DNA of 44,742 bases from a phage. The DNA is taken from sequence record PX974237.1. One strand, written 5' to 3'. A program made the translations under genes and the position numbers. Shown here piece after piece: positions 7,567 to 16,144 of the stretch (within the stretch, counting starts at the first letter, position 1; each line of letters begins with the position of its first letter). The notes under the pieces were generated by a model. That model had not been told where the DNA came from. It saw only the letters and a list, made by a program, of their open reading frames with translations, and searched no databases.

Positions 7567-7785
7567 ATGAACAAAGCGACCGCAAGCGTAGTTTCCGCAA
7601 TCAAACAAGTTTACGGCATCGATATTTCAGAGCGCGTAATTATCGGGAACAAGCGCAACTTCTTTACGTTAGACACCGACGGAATGGATGAAAATGATTT
7701 TGTTAACGTACAACGTTTCGCTATCGGTAAGGGGCTTCGTAATGAGCCTGCGGGTTACAAGAAATTCGCTATCTACTTTAAATAA
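7567..7785 (+). CDS. Hypothetical early protein (72 aa)
   Basis: First ORF after the early promoter; RBS AAGGAA upstream. Confidence 0.55.
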   Translation: MNKATASVVSAIKQVYGIDISERVIIGNKRNFFTLDTDGMDENDFVNVQRFAIGKGLRNEPAGYKKFAIYFK

Positions 7786-7842
7786 ACCCACGGCGCCGAA
7801 TCATGGCGCCAGTGCCGACGACTCTGAGGGAGGTTGCCGTTA

Positions 7843-7998
7843 ATGAAAATTCGAATAACTGACCGCAGGCTTATAGATTTCGGTATCTCGGTAGGTGATG
7901 TTTTTCTGGCGTTCAGCAGCAACCATTATGGTTTTATGATTGAGTACAAAGGGTCATTATTGTTCGTGTATCGGGATGAATGCGAGGTTCTGGTATGA
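7843..7998 (+). CDS. Hypothetical early protein (51 aa)
   Basis: ATG at 7843 with GAGGGAGG RBS; below the length cutoff of the ORF track. Confidence 0.4.
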   Translation: MKIRITDRRLIDFGISVGDVFLAFSSNHYGFMIEYKGSLLFVYRDECEVLV

Positions 7999-8156
7999 GA
8001 GAAGCATTCGAACGATGGGCCGTCGTCGAGGGTCTGCCGGTTAATAAGGGTTCGAAGAAAGAGTACCTGAACGTTAAGACGCGTCTCGCGTGGCGGGCGT
8101 GGAAAGCTGGTGCGAATGTAATGGCTGGCGCATTTGAGAAGAGAGGCGATTTATGA
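7995..8156 (+). CDS. Hypothetical early protein (53 aa)
   Basis: ATGA start-stop overlap with upstream gene; MREAFERWAVVEGLPVNKG... Confidence 0.4.
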   Translation: MREAFERWAVVEGLPVNKGSKKEYLNVKTRLAWRAWKAGANVMAGAFEKRGDL

Positions 8157-8332
8157 GCAAGTGGATTAAGTGTAGTGAGCGGATGCCTAAATATGGGGAG
8201 TATGTCATTGTCTATGTCCGCGCCGGGTACAGCTATATAGCAAGATACAACGGTGACTTTGTCTGTGATGAATATGTTAAGTGCGCCGGGGTGACCCACT
8301 GGATGCCGTTACCCGAGCCGCCGGAAGTGTGA
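8153..8332 (+). CDS. DUF551-like phage protein (59 aa)
   Basis: MSKWIKCSERMPKYGEYVIV...VTHWMPLPEPPEV matches the DUF551 signature (W-x-C-x-ER-P, THWMPLP). Confidence 0.5.
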   Translation: MSKWIKCSERMPKYGEYVIVYVRAGYSYIARYNGDFVCDEYVKCAGVTHWMPLPEPPEV

Positions 8333-8479
8333 TGTTCAATAGTTTGGGATTTTACTGAGTGACTTACGCTGCTACACAGCAGCGTATCATTTTTCTCATT
8401 TTTGTTCTATTTCACCAAACGCAACAATCGAAGCGACTATTGCAGGAGATGCAACAATACAAACACCAATAAAATTTAC

Positions 8480-8508
8480 TTGCACACTAAGATAGAATAG
8501 GCTACTAT
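8480..8508 (+). promoter_or_regulatory. Early promoter (TTGCAC-17-TACTAT)
   Basis: TTGCAC 8480-8485, TACTAT 8503-8508, then conserved TCAtTTAC motif. Confidence 0.5.
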
Positions 8509-8539
8509 TCATTTACACGAACGAGAGGAGAGACAGAAG

Positions 8540-8758
8540 ATGTTCCTGGAATGCAAATCCTATGATGACTATCGGGCGCTGACTAAAAACGACCTGTATC
8601 ACCTCAAAGAAGACGGCGATGAGAGCCGCTGCTACATAATAGACGACAACGGCACTGAACTTGATGTCTATTACACTGGGTACGGTCGATGGGCGCTATC
8701 CGCAGACGATGACTTTGTGTTTGAAGAATATAACGGGGAGGAGTCGGAAGATGAGTAA
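8540..8758 (+). CDS. Small highly acidic protein (72 aa)
   Basis: ORF with GAGAGGAGAG RBS directly behind an early promoter; about 30 percent Asp/Glu, C-terminal EEYNGEESEDE. Confidence 0.55.
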   Translation: MFLECKSYDDYRALTKNDLYHLKEDGDESRCYIIDDNGTELDVYYTGYGRWALSADDDFVFEEYNGEESEDE

Positions 8759-9053
8759 CAAAAACCAAGTATTCGAGTACCTGATTGACCAACTACGGCA
8801 GCAAGTAAATAACAACCAGTGCGAAGACCTGGCGCATGAGGTGCAGTCACTTAAGAATCAGTTACGTGATGCTTCGGCGCAGATTAAGGAGTTGTATGAG
8901 GCACTGGATGCAGAGCTTAAATACAGCCGTAAGTTTCAAGAAGAGCAATCTGGCCGCAGGAAAGAAGATGCTCATGAATGTAGGCACGAGTGGTCCCGGT
9001 ACATCGTACACCCTCACAGAAAGGTATGCTTGGTGTGCGGAGTAAAGAAATGA
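8751..9053 (+). CDS. Coiled-coil protein with C-terminal Cys/His zinc-ribbon-like module (paralog of 9255..9554)
   Basis: ATG at 8751 overlapping upstream stop; C-terminus HECRHEWSRYIVHPHRKVCLVCGVKK. Confidence 0.5.
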   Translation: MSNKNQVFEYLIDQLRQQVNNNQCEDLAHEVQSLKNQLRDASAQIKELYEALDAELKYSRKFQEEQSGRRKEDAHECRHEWSRYIVHPHRKVCLVCGVKK

Positions 9054-9253
9054 CCAGCATCTTATTCATCTGGGTACTGTCCGCGGGCCAGATGCACCTC
9101 GCGGCATCAGAAACGTTTTACTCAATGGAGGCGTGCCAGTCGGCTGCCCGCGCCGCAGAGAACGCGCACTTTCTGTTTCAGGGTGACAAGCCCATCGATT
9201 CAGAGGTACGCGCTATCTGCTCACCTAAGCGACTTGGTAAACAGGAGAAATAA
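9050..9253 (+). CDS. Small protein with hydrophobic N-terminus (signal-peptide-like), 67 aa
   Basis: ATGA overlap with upstream gene; MTSILFIWVLSAGQMHLAASE... Confidence 0.4.
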   Translation: MTSILFIWVLSAGQMHLAASETFYSMEACQSAARAAENAHFLFQGDKPIDSEVRAICSPKRLGKQEK

Positions 9254-9254
9254 C

Positions 9255-9554
9255 ATGGTACAGAGATATACCTACGACCAGATATTCGGGTTTACTCCTG
9301 ATGTTGAGGGCGTGTTAGTGCTTTACGAAGATTACGCGAAACTTGAAGCTGAGTTACAGAAATACAAAGACCAGTACCCTGATTACGTCGAGTGCGTGAA
9401 CTGTGGGTCGGTTACACATGTGGAGGGGGTCGAAGACGCTATGGGGCAATCCGGTTGCCGTAAAGAAGACGCCAAAGAATGTGAACACGTGTGGAATAGG
9501 TACATTGTACACCCTCACAGAAAGATATGCTTAGTATGCGGGGTGAAGGAATGA
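9255..9554 (+). CDS. Protein with C-terminal Cys/His zinc-ribbon-like module (paralog of 8751..9053)
   Basis: ATG at 9255 with AGGAGA RBS; C-terminus KECEHVWNRYIVHPHRKICLVCGVKE nearly identical to upstream paralog. Confidence 0.5.
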   Translation: MVQRYTYDQIFGFTPDVEGVLVLYEDYAKLEAELQKYKDQYPDYVECVNCGSVTHVEGVEDAMGQSGCRKEDAKECEHVWNRYIVHPHRKICLVCGVKE

Positions 9555-9844
9555 CACTTGCAACTGACATCCTGAAACGAAGCGGCCTTGCGCCGCTGTC
9601 ACCGAGAGCTAAAACACAGATATACAAGCGGCGCCATAACGCGCTGTACCCAGAGATACAAGAACGGCGTAAAGCTATCCGCGCCTGTGGATTCCAGAAC
9701 GGAAAGGCCGTGAATCTCGGGGAGTTTAAAACACAGGAACGCGCGGCAATCGCTAATCGGTTATTTAATTACTGGAAATCGCTCGGATACGATGATATTC
9801 CGACTAAACCGCAGAGACGACAATACATCTGGCGTCATAAATAA
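9551..9844 (+). CDS. Hypothetical basic protein (97 aa)
   Basis: ATGA overlap with upstream gene. Confidence 0.45.
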   Translation: MTLATDILKRSGLAPLSPRAKTQIYKRRHNALYPEIQERRKAIRACGFQNGKAVNLGEFKTQERAAIANRLFNYWKSLGYDDIPTKPQRRQYIWRHK

Positions 9845-9919
9845 ACCGTTATTAGGATAATTCCTACCCGTGGTATCCTCCAGTTACTGCATACTTAATA
9901 CGCACCTGGAGGATTCATC

Positions 9920-10228
9920 TTGGATAAATTTACTGAAACAGTGACGGGCTGGCTTCTCGCTGCCGCACTCGCCGGAGGGGTCATCGGACTACGACAACAT
10001 AAGTCCGTTATTTCTGGCCCTATCGACGGCTTCTGCTTCATCGCTACTGGTTTCGCCTGCGCCGTATTTGGCGCCCCTCTTGCAGCTCAATGGTTCGGTA
10101 TCACGGGCGACCGTGAAATCGCTGGCCTTGGATTCATCATTGCTATTCTCTGGATGCCTATTTATTCCCGTCTCTCCGGTATTGTTGCCGGAGAATACAT
10201 CTCACGTCGAGGAGGCCCGGATGAATGA
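9920..10228 (+). CDS. Holin (multi-pass membrane protein)
   Basis: 102 aa, TTG start with GGAGGA RBS; three hydrophobic segments and charged C-terminus; immediately upstream of endolysin. Confidence 0.55.
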   Translation: MDKFTETVTGWLLAAALAGGVIGLRQHKSVISGPIDGFCFIATGFACAVFGAPLAAQWFGITGDREIAGLGFIIAILWMPIYSRLSGIVAGEYISRRGGPDE

Positions 10229-10493
10229 GTTATTCTGGTTCTGCGGTATGCTGGCAATCGGAGGCACATCGCTGTTTAATGTGTATCATCCCAGCGTTGA
10301 CGACGGGCTGTTCGGGCGTGTGCTTTATATTCTGACTGCTATTGTCTGCGCCGCCGGATGTATCCACCTGTTACAGGGCAGCATGTCACCTACGCTGCCT
10401 GAGACATTAATCACATTAGTTGCGCTGCGTCAGATTCGTCAGGCGTGGCTGTCGTACGGAGGACATAAGCGTGTCTCGAAACATTTCAGATAA
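10221..10493 (+). CDS. Second small membrane protein of the lysis cassette (holin or antiholin-like)
   Basis: ATG 10221 with GGAGG RBS; two hydrophobic segments; overlaps holin stop and endolysin start. Confidence 0.4.
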   Translation: MNELFWFCGMLAIGGTSLFNVYHPSVDDGLFGRVLYILTAIVCAAGCIHLLQGSMSPTLPETLITLVALRQIRQAWLSYGGHKRVSKHFR

Positions 10494-10959
10494 TGGCATC
10501 AAATTCACCGCTGCGTTCGAGGGATTCCGTGGCACTGCGTATCGCGCTACACCGAACGAGAAGTACCTTACGATTGGGTATGGTCACTACGGGCCGGACG
10601 TTAAGGCGGGGCAGACCATCACTCCAGGACAAGGCCTCCTGTTACTTAATCGCGATATGGCTAAAGCCGTAGCTGCGGTTGACGCAGCAGCACACCATTC
10701 ATTGACACAGGCACAGTTCGATGCAGTGTGCGACCTGGTATACAACGCAGGTGCTGGTGTGATTGCTGCTACTACCGGCACGGGTAAGGCACTGCGTTCT
10801 GGTGATATTGCAACGCTGCGGGCTAAGCTGGCGCTGTTCATCAACCAGAACGGCAAACCGATACTTGGACTGCGTCGTCGTACCGCCGGTCGTCTGGCGC
10901 TGTTCGACGGTAAACCGTGGCAGGAGGCTGAGGCTATCGGGCGCGCGGTGAAAGGTTGA
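10471..10959 (+). CDS. Endolysin, lysozyme-like glycoside hydrolase
   Basis: NGIKFTAAFEGFRGTAYR...TIGYGH resembles lambda R / GH24 lysozyme N-terminal catalytic region; GTG start with GGAGGA RBS (start uncertain). Confidence 0.7.
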   Translation: MSRNISDNGIKFTAAFEGFRGTAYRATPNEKYLTIGYGHYGPDVKAGQTITPGQGLLLLNRDMAKAVAAVDAAAHHSLTQAQFDAVCDLVYNAGAGVIAATTGTGKALRSGDIATLRAKLALFINQNGKPILGLRRRTAGRLALFDGKPWQEAEAIGRAVKG

Positions 10960-11024
10960 CACATAAGACTAATCCGACGATACTTAAATCACCTCCTGTT
11001 CCATCCCTCTGCTCTCCAGTTTTA

Positions 11025-11056
11025 TCCCGGCCCTGACCCAGCCGGGATTTTTTTTT
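11025..11056 (+). terminator. Rho-independent terminator ending the early/lysis transcription unit
   Basis: cccggccctgacccagccggg hairpin followed by nine T. Confidence 0.7.
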
Positions 11057-11142
11057 ATCTATTTTCTGTAATGACTAGTTGACTATTACCTACGACCCTA
11101 TTATATTTACTCCATCGACAACGAGAACGGAGTAGAGAGAAG

Positions 11143-11292
11143 ATGAAAATCACAGATATCGAAGCATTCAAAGACGCACAACTGATGGCGCGCATCGCCG
11201 TTGGTAACCTGAGCAACAGCATTCCAGCGGACGCGTTCTGGTTCGCCGCGATGCAGACACTGAAAGCAGCTTACGCAGGAGAGAAGAAATGA
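11143..11292 (+). CDS. Hypothetical protein (49 aa)
   Basis: ATG with GAGAGAAG RBS; start of a chain of translationally coupled small genes. Confidence 0.35.
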   Translation: MKITDIEAFKDAQLMARIAVGNLSNSIPADAFWFAAMQTLKAAYAGEKK

Positions 11293-11453
11293 TTAAGTTA
11301 GCTACTGATTTAGTCCCTGGCGATGTTCTGTTCATAGATAACCGCGACGGTGGGTATTTTGTGGAGGTTAAACGCGTCTTCGAGGACTCGGGTATTTTAG
11401 TTGTTAACGGTGACATTGTATTCCTGACTACCGATTATGTTGAGGTTAAGTGA
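11289..11453 (+). CDS. Hypothetical protein (54 aa)
   Basis: ATGA overlap coupling. Confidence 0.35.
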   Translation: MIKLATDLVPGDVLFIDNRDGGYFVEVKRVFEDSGILVVNGDIVFLTTDYVEVK

Positions 11454-11611
11454 TGAGCGAACAAGGTCAAGTAAGCCAACCATTACGAGTAGGCCGTAAA
11501 GTCAGCCACACCCCGTTCCCGACACGCGAGGAACTGATGAAACGTAACAGTTTCCCGGGGCCGGACAAGAACAAGTATCTAAATCGCATGTGGGGAGAGC
11601 GTAAAGAATGA
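11453..11611 (+). CDS. Hypothetical protein (52 aa)
   Basis: TGATG overlap coupling. Confidence 0.35.
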   Translation: MSEQGQVSQPLRVGRKVSHTPFPTREELMKRNSFPGPDKNKYLNRMWGERKE

Positions 11612-11805
11612 CTGACCGCGAATACGAAAAGATGATGGTAGAGGCCGTTAAAGGCGGCGTAGACATTAGCCACGTGATGCACGTCCTGAATACTAAAATC
11701 GCGGTAGCCGAGCAAATGGTAGAGTCGCTCTACGAGACACGCCGTGAACTGATTAACCGCTTCAACCTTAACAAAGCCTCGGGCGATGGGTATGAAAGCG
11801 CCTGA
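11608..11805 (+). CDS. Hypothetical protein (65 aa)
   Basis: ORF track; ATGA overlap coupling. Confidence 0.45.
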   Translation: MTDREYEKMMVEAVKGGVDISHVMHVLNTKIAVAEQMVESLYETRRELINRFNLNKASGDGYESA

Positions 11806-11974
11806 ACCGGTAGTTATTGATGGCGTCCTGTGGAAACCATACTCGGTTAACCACATCGACGCCGACGGGAAGAAGTTTAGCTTCTACATTTTTGCAATTA
11901 GCCGTGAGCACGCCGCTTGCGTGGTTTCCGATATACGAGAAACGGCGTGGCTCGGTGATGAGATAGTGGGGTGA
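11786..11974 (+). CDS. Hypothetical protein (62 aa)
   Basis: ORF track; overlaps upstream gene. Confidence 0.4.
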   Translation: MGMKAPEPVVIDGVLWKPYSVNHIDADGKKFSFYIFAISREHAACVVSDIRETAWLGDEIVG

Positions 11975-12061
11975 GAGTATGAGTCTTGAGGTTGTTATAA
12001 GTCTGGTTGGTCTTAGTTACTTCATTGGGCTATTGGTCGGTTTTCTGTGGGGTAGATACTA

Positions 12062-12232
12062 ATGTTCAGCGACATCAACGCAGCAATCGAAGAAGCAATC
12101 TGGCGCCGTTACAACGGCGAGCAACAGCGTCACTTCTGCCTGGTGCAACGTGGTAACATGGTCGCCGTGGTGCAGGACCGCGATAACAAATATCCGAATG
12201 CGATGTGGACAACGAGGAATTTCTTAGGATGA
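12062..12232 (+). CDS. Hypothetical protein (56 aa)
   Basis: ATG overlapping stop of a 27-codon hydrophobic micro-ORF (11979..12062). Confidence 0.35.
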   Translation: MFSDINAAIEEAIWRRYNGEQQRHFCLVQRGNMVAVVQDRDNKYPNAMWTTRNFLG

Positions 12233-12465
12233 TTACCAGCATTCCTAACCTGATTAAAGAATTTGGCACGATGGCGGAGACATGTCGGCAAACCGGCATC
12301 AACGAAATGACGATTGCGAAGTACAGCAAAGACGTGAAATGCGAGCGCCATGTAATTTATAATAACCGCCTTATGACGCACGTTAAGACAAGCCCGGTGT
12401 TATTCACACGCCGCGGTATCACTAAAACTGAACAGCGCATTGCTAAAGGGGAGAGCGGGGAATGA
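12229..12465 (+). CDS. Hypothetical protein (78 aa), possible HTH
   Basis: ATGA overlap; ETCRQTGINEMTIAKY segment. Confidence 0.4.
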   Translation: MITSIPNLIKEFGTMAETCRQTGINEMTIAKYSKDVKCERHVIYNNRLMTHVKTSPVLFTRRGITKTEQRIAKGESGE

Positions 12466-12644
12466 TTGAGATTTTGAGGGCTACAAATGCTGCTGGCGAC
12501 CTGGTGTTTTGGCTGGCCTTTCTCGGCGTACTGATAAAACAACCGACTTTGTTTAACAGTATTCCTTGCTATCTGTGGTGGCCTATGTTTTTAGGCATGG
12601 GTGTATCAGGAGTAGCTGGCGTCCTTTTGTGGTTTTTCAAATGA
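12462..12644 (+). CDS. Small membrane protein (60 aa)
   Basis: ORF track; two hydrophobic segments. Confidence 0.4.
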   Translation: MIEILRATNAAGDLVFWLAFLGVLIKQPTLFNSIPCYLWWPMFLGMGVSGVAGVLLWFFK

Positions 12645-12745
12645 GACTGCTAATCATCCCTAACGCCTGGGCTATTGCCGTAGCTAACGACCATTACGGC
12701 GGCGACGGTAAAAGAGCACCACGACACGGCCTATACAACTGATAC

Positions 12746-12769
12746 AAGCCCTCTACGGAGGGCTTTTCT
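12746..12769 (+). terminator. Rho-independent terminator
   Basis: aagccctc-tacg-gagggctt followed by TTTTCT. Confidence 0.5.
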
Positions 12770-12863
12770 GTACATCCCGCCCAATCCCCTTATATAATCC
12801 CTTTAGACGCGTAGGGCGCGTCTGGTGCGCTCTGATGGTCAGACGCATATGCAAGGGGATTCT

Positions 12864-13409
12864 ATGAAGCTGAAACTTAAGCAGCCATCGCCAGAGGTGG
12901 TACAAGCTGCACATGAAGAAGCTGTTAGCGCAAACCGTCGCCGTAAACGACCGCGCGGTAAACAGAGCCTTTATCAATCATCCCGTAATTCTGCGGCATT
13001 GTGGGACCCGGACTACTGTGACGCGTTAATCGAGTTCTTCGACCGCACGTCGTGGGAGCTTGTGCCTACGTCTAAGGGTGACGAACGCCCGCTGATTCAG
13101 GATAAACCACCGTCACTGGCCCGCTTCGCCTTACACATCGGAGTCACTATCCCGATTATTAAGCTTTGGCTGCGTGAGATTCCCGCATTTGCAGAAGCCT
13201 ATGAAACGGCGCAGGCGCTGGAAGAGGCGTACTTCACCGAGACAGGGGCCGCAGGTATCTCTGCTACGTTTGCTGCTGCGAAACTGGGCCTCAGCAAAGA
13301 GAAACCGGTTGCATCCACCGAAGAACCAGCACCGACTGAGATTGTTTTCAGTGTTGCGGAGCCTGTAGGTAAAATCGTAACAACGAACATGGGTGAGGTA
13401 GAGGAATGA
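12864..13409 (+). CDS. Terminase small subunit (putative)
   Basis: Gene immediately upstream of, and overlapping, the large terminase; start placed at ATG 12864 with AAGGGG RBS; basic N-terminal region. Confidence 0.5.
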   Translation: MKLKLKQPSPEVVQAAHEEAVSANRRRKRPRGKQSLYQSSRNSAALWDPDYCDALIEFFDRTSWELVPTSKGDERPLIQDKPPSLARFALHIGVTIPIIKLWLREIPAFAEAYETAQALEEAYFTETGAAGISATFAAAKLGLSKEKPVASTEEPAPTEIVFSVAEPVGKIVTTNMGEVEE

Positions 13410-14656
13410 GTATTCAGCTATCCGCACCACAGGCACTGTTCCTGAATTGCGATAACAAATACAAGGCCTATGTCGGAGGCTTCGGTAGCGGCAAGACATT
13501 TGTCGGCTGTCTCGACCTGCTTACGTTCATGCTCCGGAACCCGGGTACCCGCCTGGGCTACTTCGGCCCCACCTACCCGGCTATCCGCGACATCTTCTAC
13601 CCGACATTCGAGGAAGCGGCTAACCTCCTCGGCCTCGATGTGCTGGTTAAATCTGGCGACAAAGAAGTCGTGGTCACTCGCGGTAAGACGGTGCTCGGAA
13701 CTGTTATCTGCCGCTCGATGGATAACCCCGGCTCGATAGTCGGCTTCAAAATCGCGGCTGCGGTCGTGGATGAGCTGGACGTATTGAGCCGTGAGAAAGC
13801 CGAGCTGGCGTGGAACAAAATCGTAGCCCGCATGCGTCTGGTTATCCCGGAGGTAATTAACCACATCTCCGTCACCACGACTCCGGAAGGGTTCAAGTTC
13901 GTTTACGCCAAGTTCAAGGAGAACCCGACGCCGAGTTACTCAATGGTGCAGGCGTCCACTCACGAGAACGCCAGATTCCTGCCGCCGGATTACATTAGCT
14001 CGCTGACTGAGACTTACCCGGCGCAACTGATTAACGCGTATCTGAACGGTGAGTTTGTCAACCTGACATCCGGAAGCGTGTATTACGCATACGACCGACG
14101 CAAGCACCGCAGCAAAGAGACAATTCAACCGGGCGACACGCTGTACATCGGGCAGGACTTCAACGTTACGAAGAACGCCAGCGCCGTGTATGTGCAGCGT
14201 AAAGATGGATGGCACGCGGTTGCAGAACTGAAGGGCCTGTTCGATACGCCGGACACCGTGCGCGTAATTACCGAGAAGTGGAAGTCACAAGGCCACCGCA
14301 TCGTCGTTTACCCCGACGCTAGCGGCAAGAACCGTAAGACAAACTCGGCGTCAATCTCTGATATTGCATTACTCCAGCAGGCGGGTTTCGATGTTCGCGC
14401 TAAATCAGCCAACCCCCCGGTTAAAGACCGCGTTTTAGCCGTGAACACCGCGCTGGAAAAAGGTAAGCTGTGGGTTAATGACCACTTATGTCCTGAGATA
14501 GCCAAGACGCTGGAACAGCAGGCATACGACGATAACGGAGAGCCGGCTAAAGACGGCGTCATTGACCATATGGCTGATGCTCTCGGCTATCCTGTAGTTT
14601 ATGAGATGCCGGTGGTTAAACCAGTAATCAACATCCCGGTGACTTTCGCACTTTAA
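13406..14656 (+). CDS. Terminase large subunit
   Basis: 416 aa; Walker A GGFGSGKT, Walker B-like VVDELD, C-terminal nuclease-like region. Confidence 0.85.
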   Translation: MSIQLSAPQALFLNCDNKYKAYVGGFGSGKTFVGCLDLLTFMLRNPGTRLGYFGPTYPAIRDIFYPTFEEAANLLGLDVLVKSGDKEVVVTRGKTVLGTVICRSMDNPGSIVGFKIAAAVVDELDVLSREKAELAWNKIVARMRLVIPEVINHISVTTTPEGFKFVYAKFKENPTPSYSMVQASTHENARFLPPDYISSLTETYPAQLINAYLNGEFVNLTSGSVYYAYDRRKHRSKETIQPGDTLYIGQDFNVTKNASAVYVQRKDGWHAVAELKGLFDTPDTVRVITEKWKSQGHRIVVYPDASGKNRKTNSASISDIALLQQAGFDVRAKSANPPVKDRVLAVNTALEKGKLWVNDHLCPEIAKTLEQQAYDDNGEPAKDGVIDHMADALGYPVVYEMPVVKPVINIPVTFAL

Positions 14657-14668
14657 GAGGATTATTAA

Positions 14669-16138
14669 ATGTTAACTATGAACGGTCAGAATCAGGGTGT
14701 TAAGACAAAACACCGGGAATGGCTGCATCACTTCGATAAATGGCAGAAGGTACGCCACGCGCTGGAAGGCGACCTTATTCGCTATCTGCGCAACGTCGGG
14801 AAGAACGAACCTGACCCGACCTACGCAGCACAGCGACAGGAAGAATACGAGAACGGCGCTATCTGCTACAATTTCACCAAACGCACGCTGGCGGGGATGA
14901 CGGGGTCAGTGATGCGCAAAGACCCTGAGCAGATTATCCCGCCTGAACTTGAGTACCTGTTGCACAACGCTGACGGTTCGGGTGTAGGGCTGTGGCAGCA
15001 CGCGCAGGATACGTTAATGGAGATTGACTCGATAGGACGCGGTGGGTTGCTGGTGGATGCCCCGGAAACAGCCGCAGCAACGGCGGCAGAGCAGAACGCG
15101 GGATTATTAAACCCGGTAATCGCATTCTATACCGCGGAGAACATTATCAACTGGAGACTCACCCGCATCGGTTCAGTGAACCGCGTGACGATGGTTGTAT
15201 TGCGTGAGGCATGGGAATACTCGGAACCAGGCGCTGAGTTTGAAACAAAATTCGGCGAGCAATACCGCGTCCTTGACCTGATTGACGGTCGCTACCGCCA
15301 GCGAATCTATCGCTTCGATGCCGAAGGTGGCGCTCAGGATGATGTAATCGAAATATTCCCGGAACTTGGCGAACAGTTACGGGGCAAAATCCCGTTCACG
15401 TTCATTGGGGCAAGCAACAACGATGCGACCATTGATGATGCACCTTTGCTGCCGTTAGCTGAGCTTAATATCGGGCATTTCCGCAACAGCGCGGACAACG
15501 AGGAATCCAGCTTCGTTGTAGGCCAGCCTACTCTGTTCATCGCCCCTGGCGAGAACATGAGCATGGAACAGTGGAAAGAAGCCAACCCTCACGGCGTGCG
15601 CATGGGGTCGCGTTCGGGCCATAACATCGGTTACGGCGGCAATGCATTTCTTGTTCAGGCAGGAGAGAACAACCTCGCCAAACAGAATATGCTGGATAAA
15701 GAGAATCAGGCCATTCAGATTGGTGCGCAGCTTATCACCCCGACGCAGCAAATCACCGCCGAATCCGCCCGCCTGCAACGTGGCGCGGATACGTCTGTTA
15801 TGGCGACAATCGCACGTAACGTAAGTATGGCGTATACCGATGCATTGCGCTGGGTAGCGGCGATGCTAGGGTTGCGCGAAGACACAGAGATTGAATTCAA
15901 GCTGAACATGGAGTTCTTCCTGCAACCGATGACAGCTCAGGACCGCGCTCAGTGGATGGCGGACATTAACGCAGGCCTGCTACCAGCTACTGCTTACTAC
16001 GCCGCGTTGCGTAAGGCTGGCGTAACCGACTGGACCGATGAGGACATTCAGAACGCTATTGGGGACGCACCGCTGCCGTTGGGTGCGGTTGCTCAGGTAG
16101 CAGGAGAAATTCCGCAGTCCGCGCAACAACAGGAGTAA
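14669..16138 (+). CDS. Portal protein
   Basis: 489 aa ORF immediately after terminase with AAGAGGA RBS; size and position typical of portal. Confidence 0.65.
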   Translation: MLTMNGQNQGVKTKHREWLHHFDKWQKVRHALEGDLIRYLRNVGKNEPDPTYAAQRQEEYENGAICYNFTKRTLAGMTGSVMRKDPEQIIPPELEYLLHNADGSGVGLWQHAQDTLMEIDSIGRGGLLVDAPETAAATAAEQNAGLLNPVIAFYTAENIINWRLTRIGSVNRVTMVVLREAWEYSEPGAEFETKFGEQYRVLDLIDGRYRQRIYRFDAEGGAQDDVIEIFPELGEQLRGKIPFTFIGASNNDATIDDAPLLPLAELNIGHFRNSADNEESSFVVGQPTLFIAPGENMSMEQWKEANPHGVRMGSRSGHNIGYGGNAFLVQAGENNLAKQNMLDKENQAIQIGAQLITPTQQITAESARLQRGADTSVMATIARNVSMAYTDALRWVAAMLGLREDTEIEFKLNMEFFLQPMTAQDRAQWMADINAGLLPATAYYAALRKAGVTDWTDEDIQNAIGDAPLPLGAVAQVAGEIPQSAQQQE

Positions 16139-16144
16139 ATAGAA

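Noticed and set aside
10068-10493. 141-aa ORF-track entry overlapping the holin
   Set aside because: Its 5' part overlaps the holin in another frame; a strong RBS and ATG at 10221 in the same frame give a 90-aa membrane protein, so only 10221..10493 was kept
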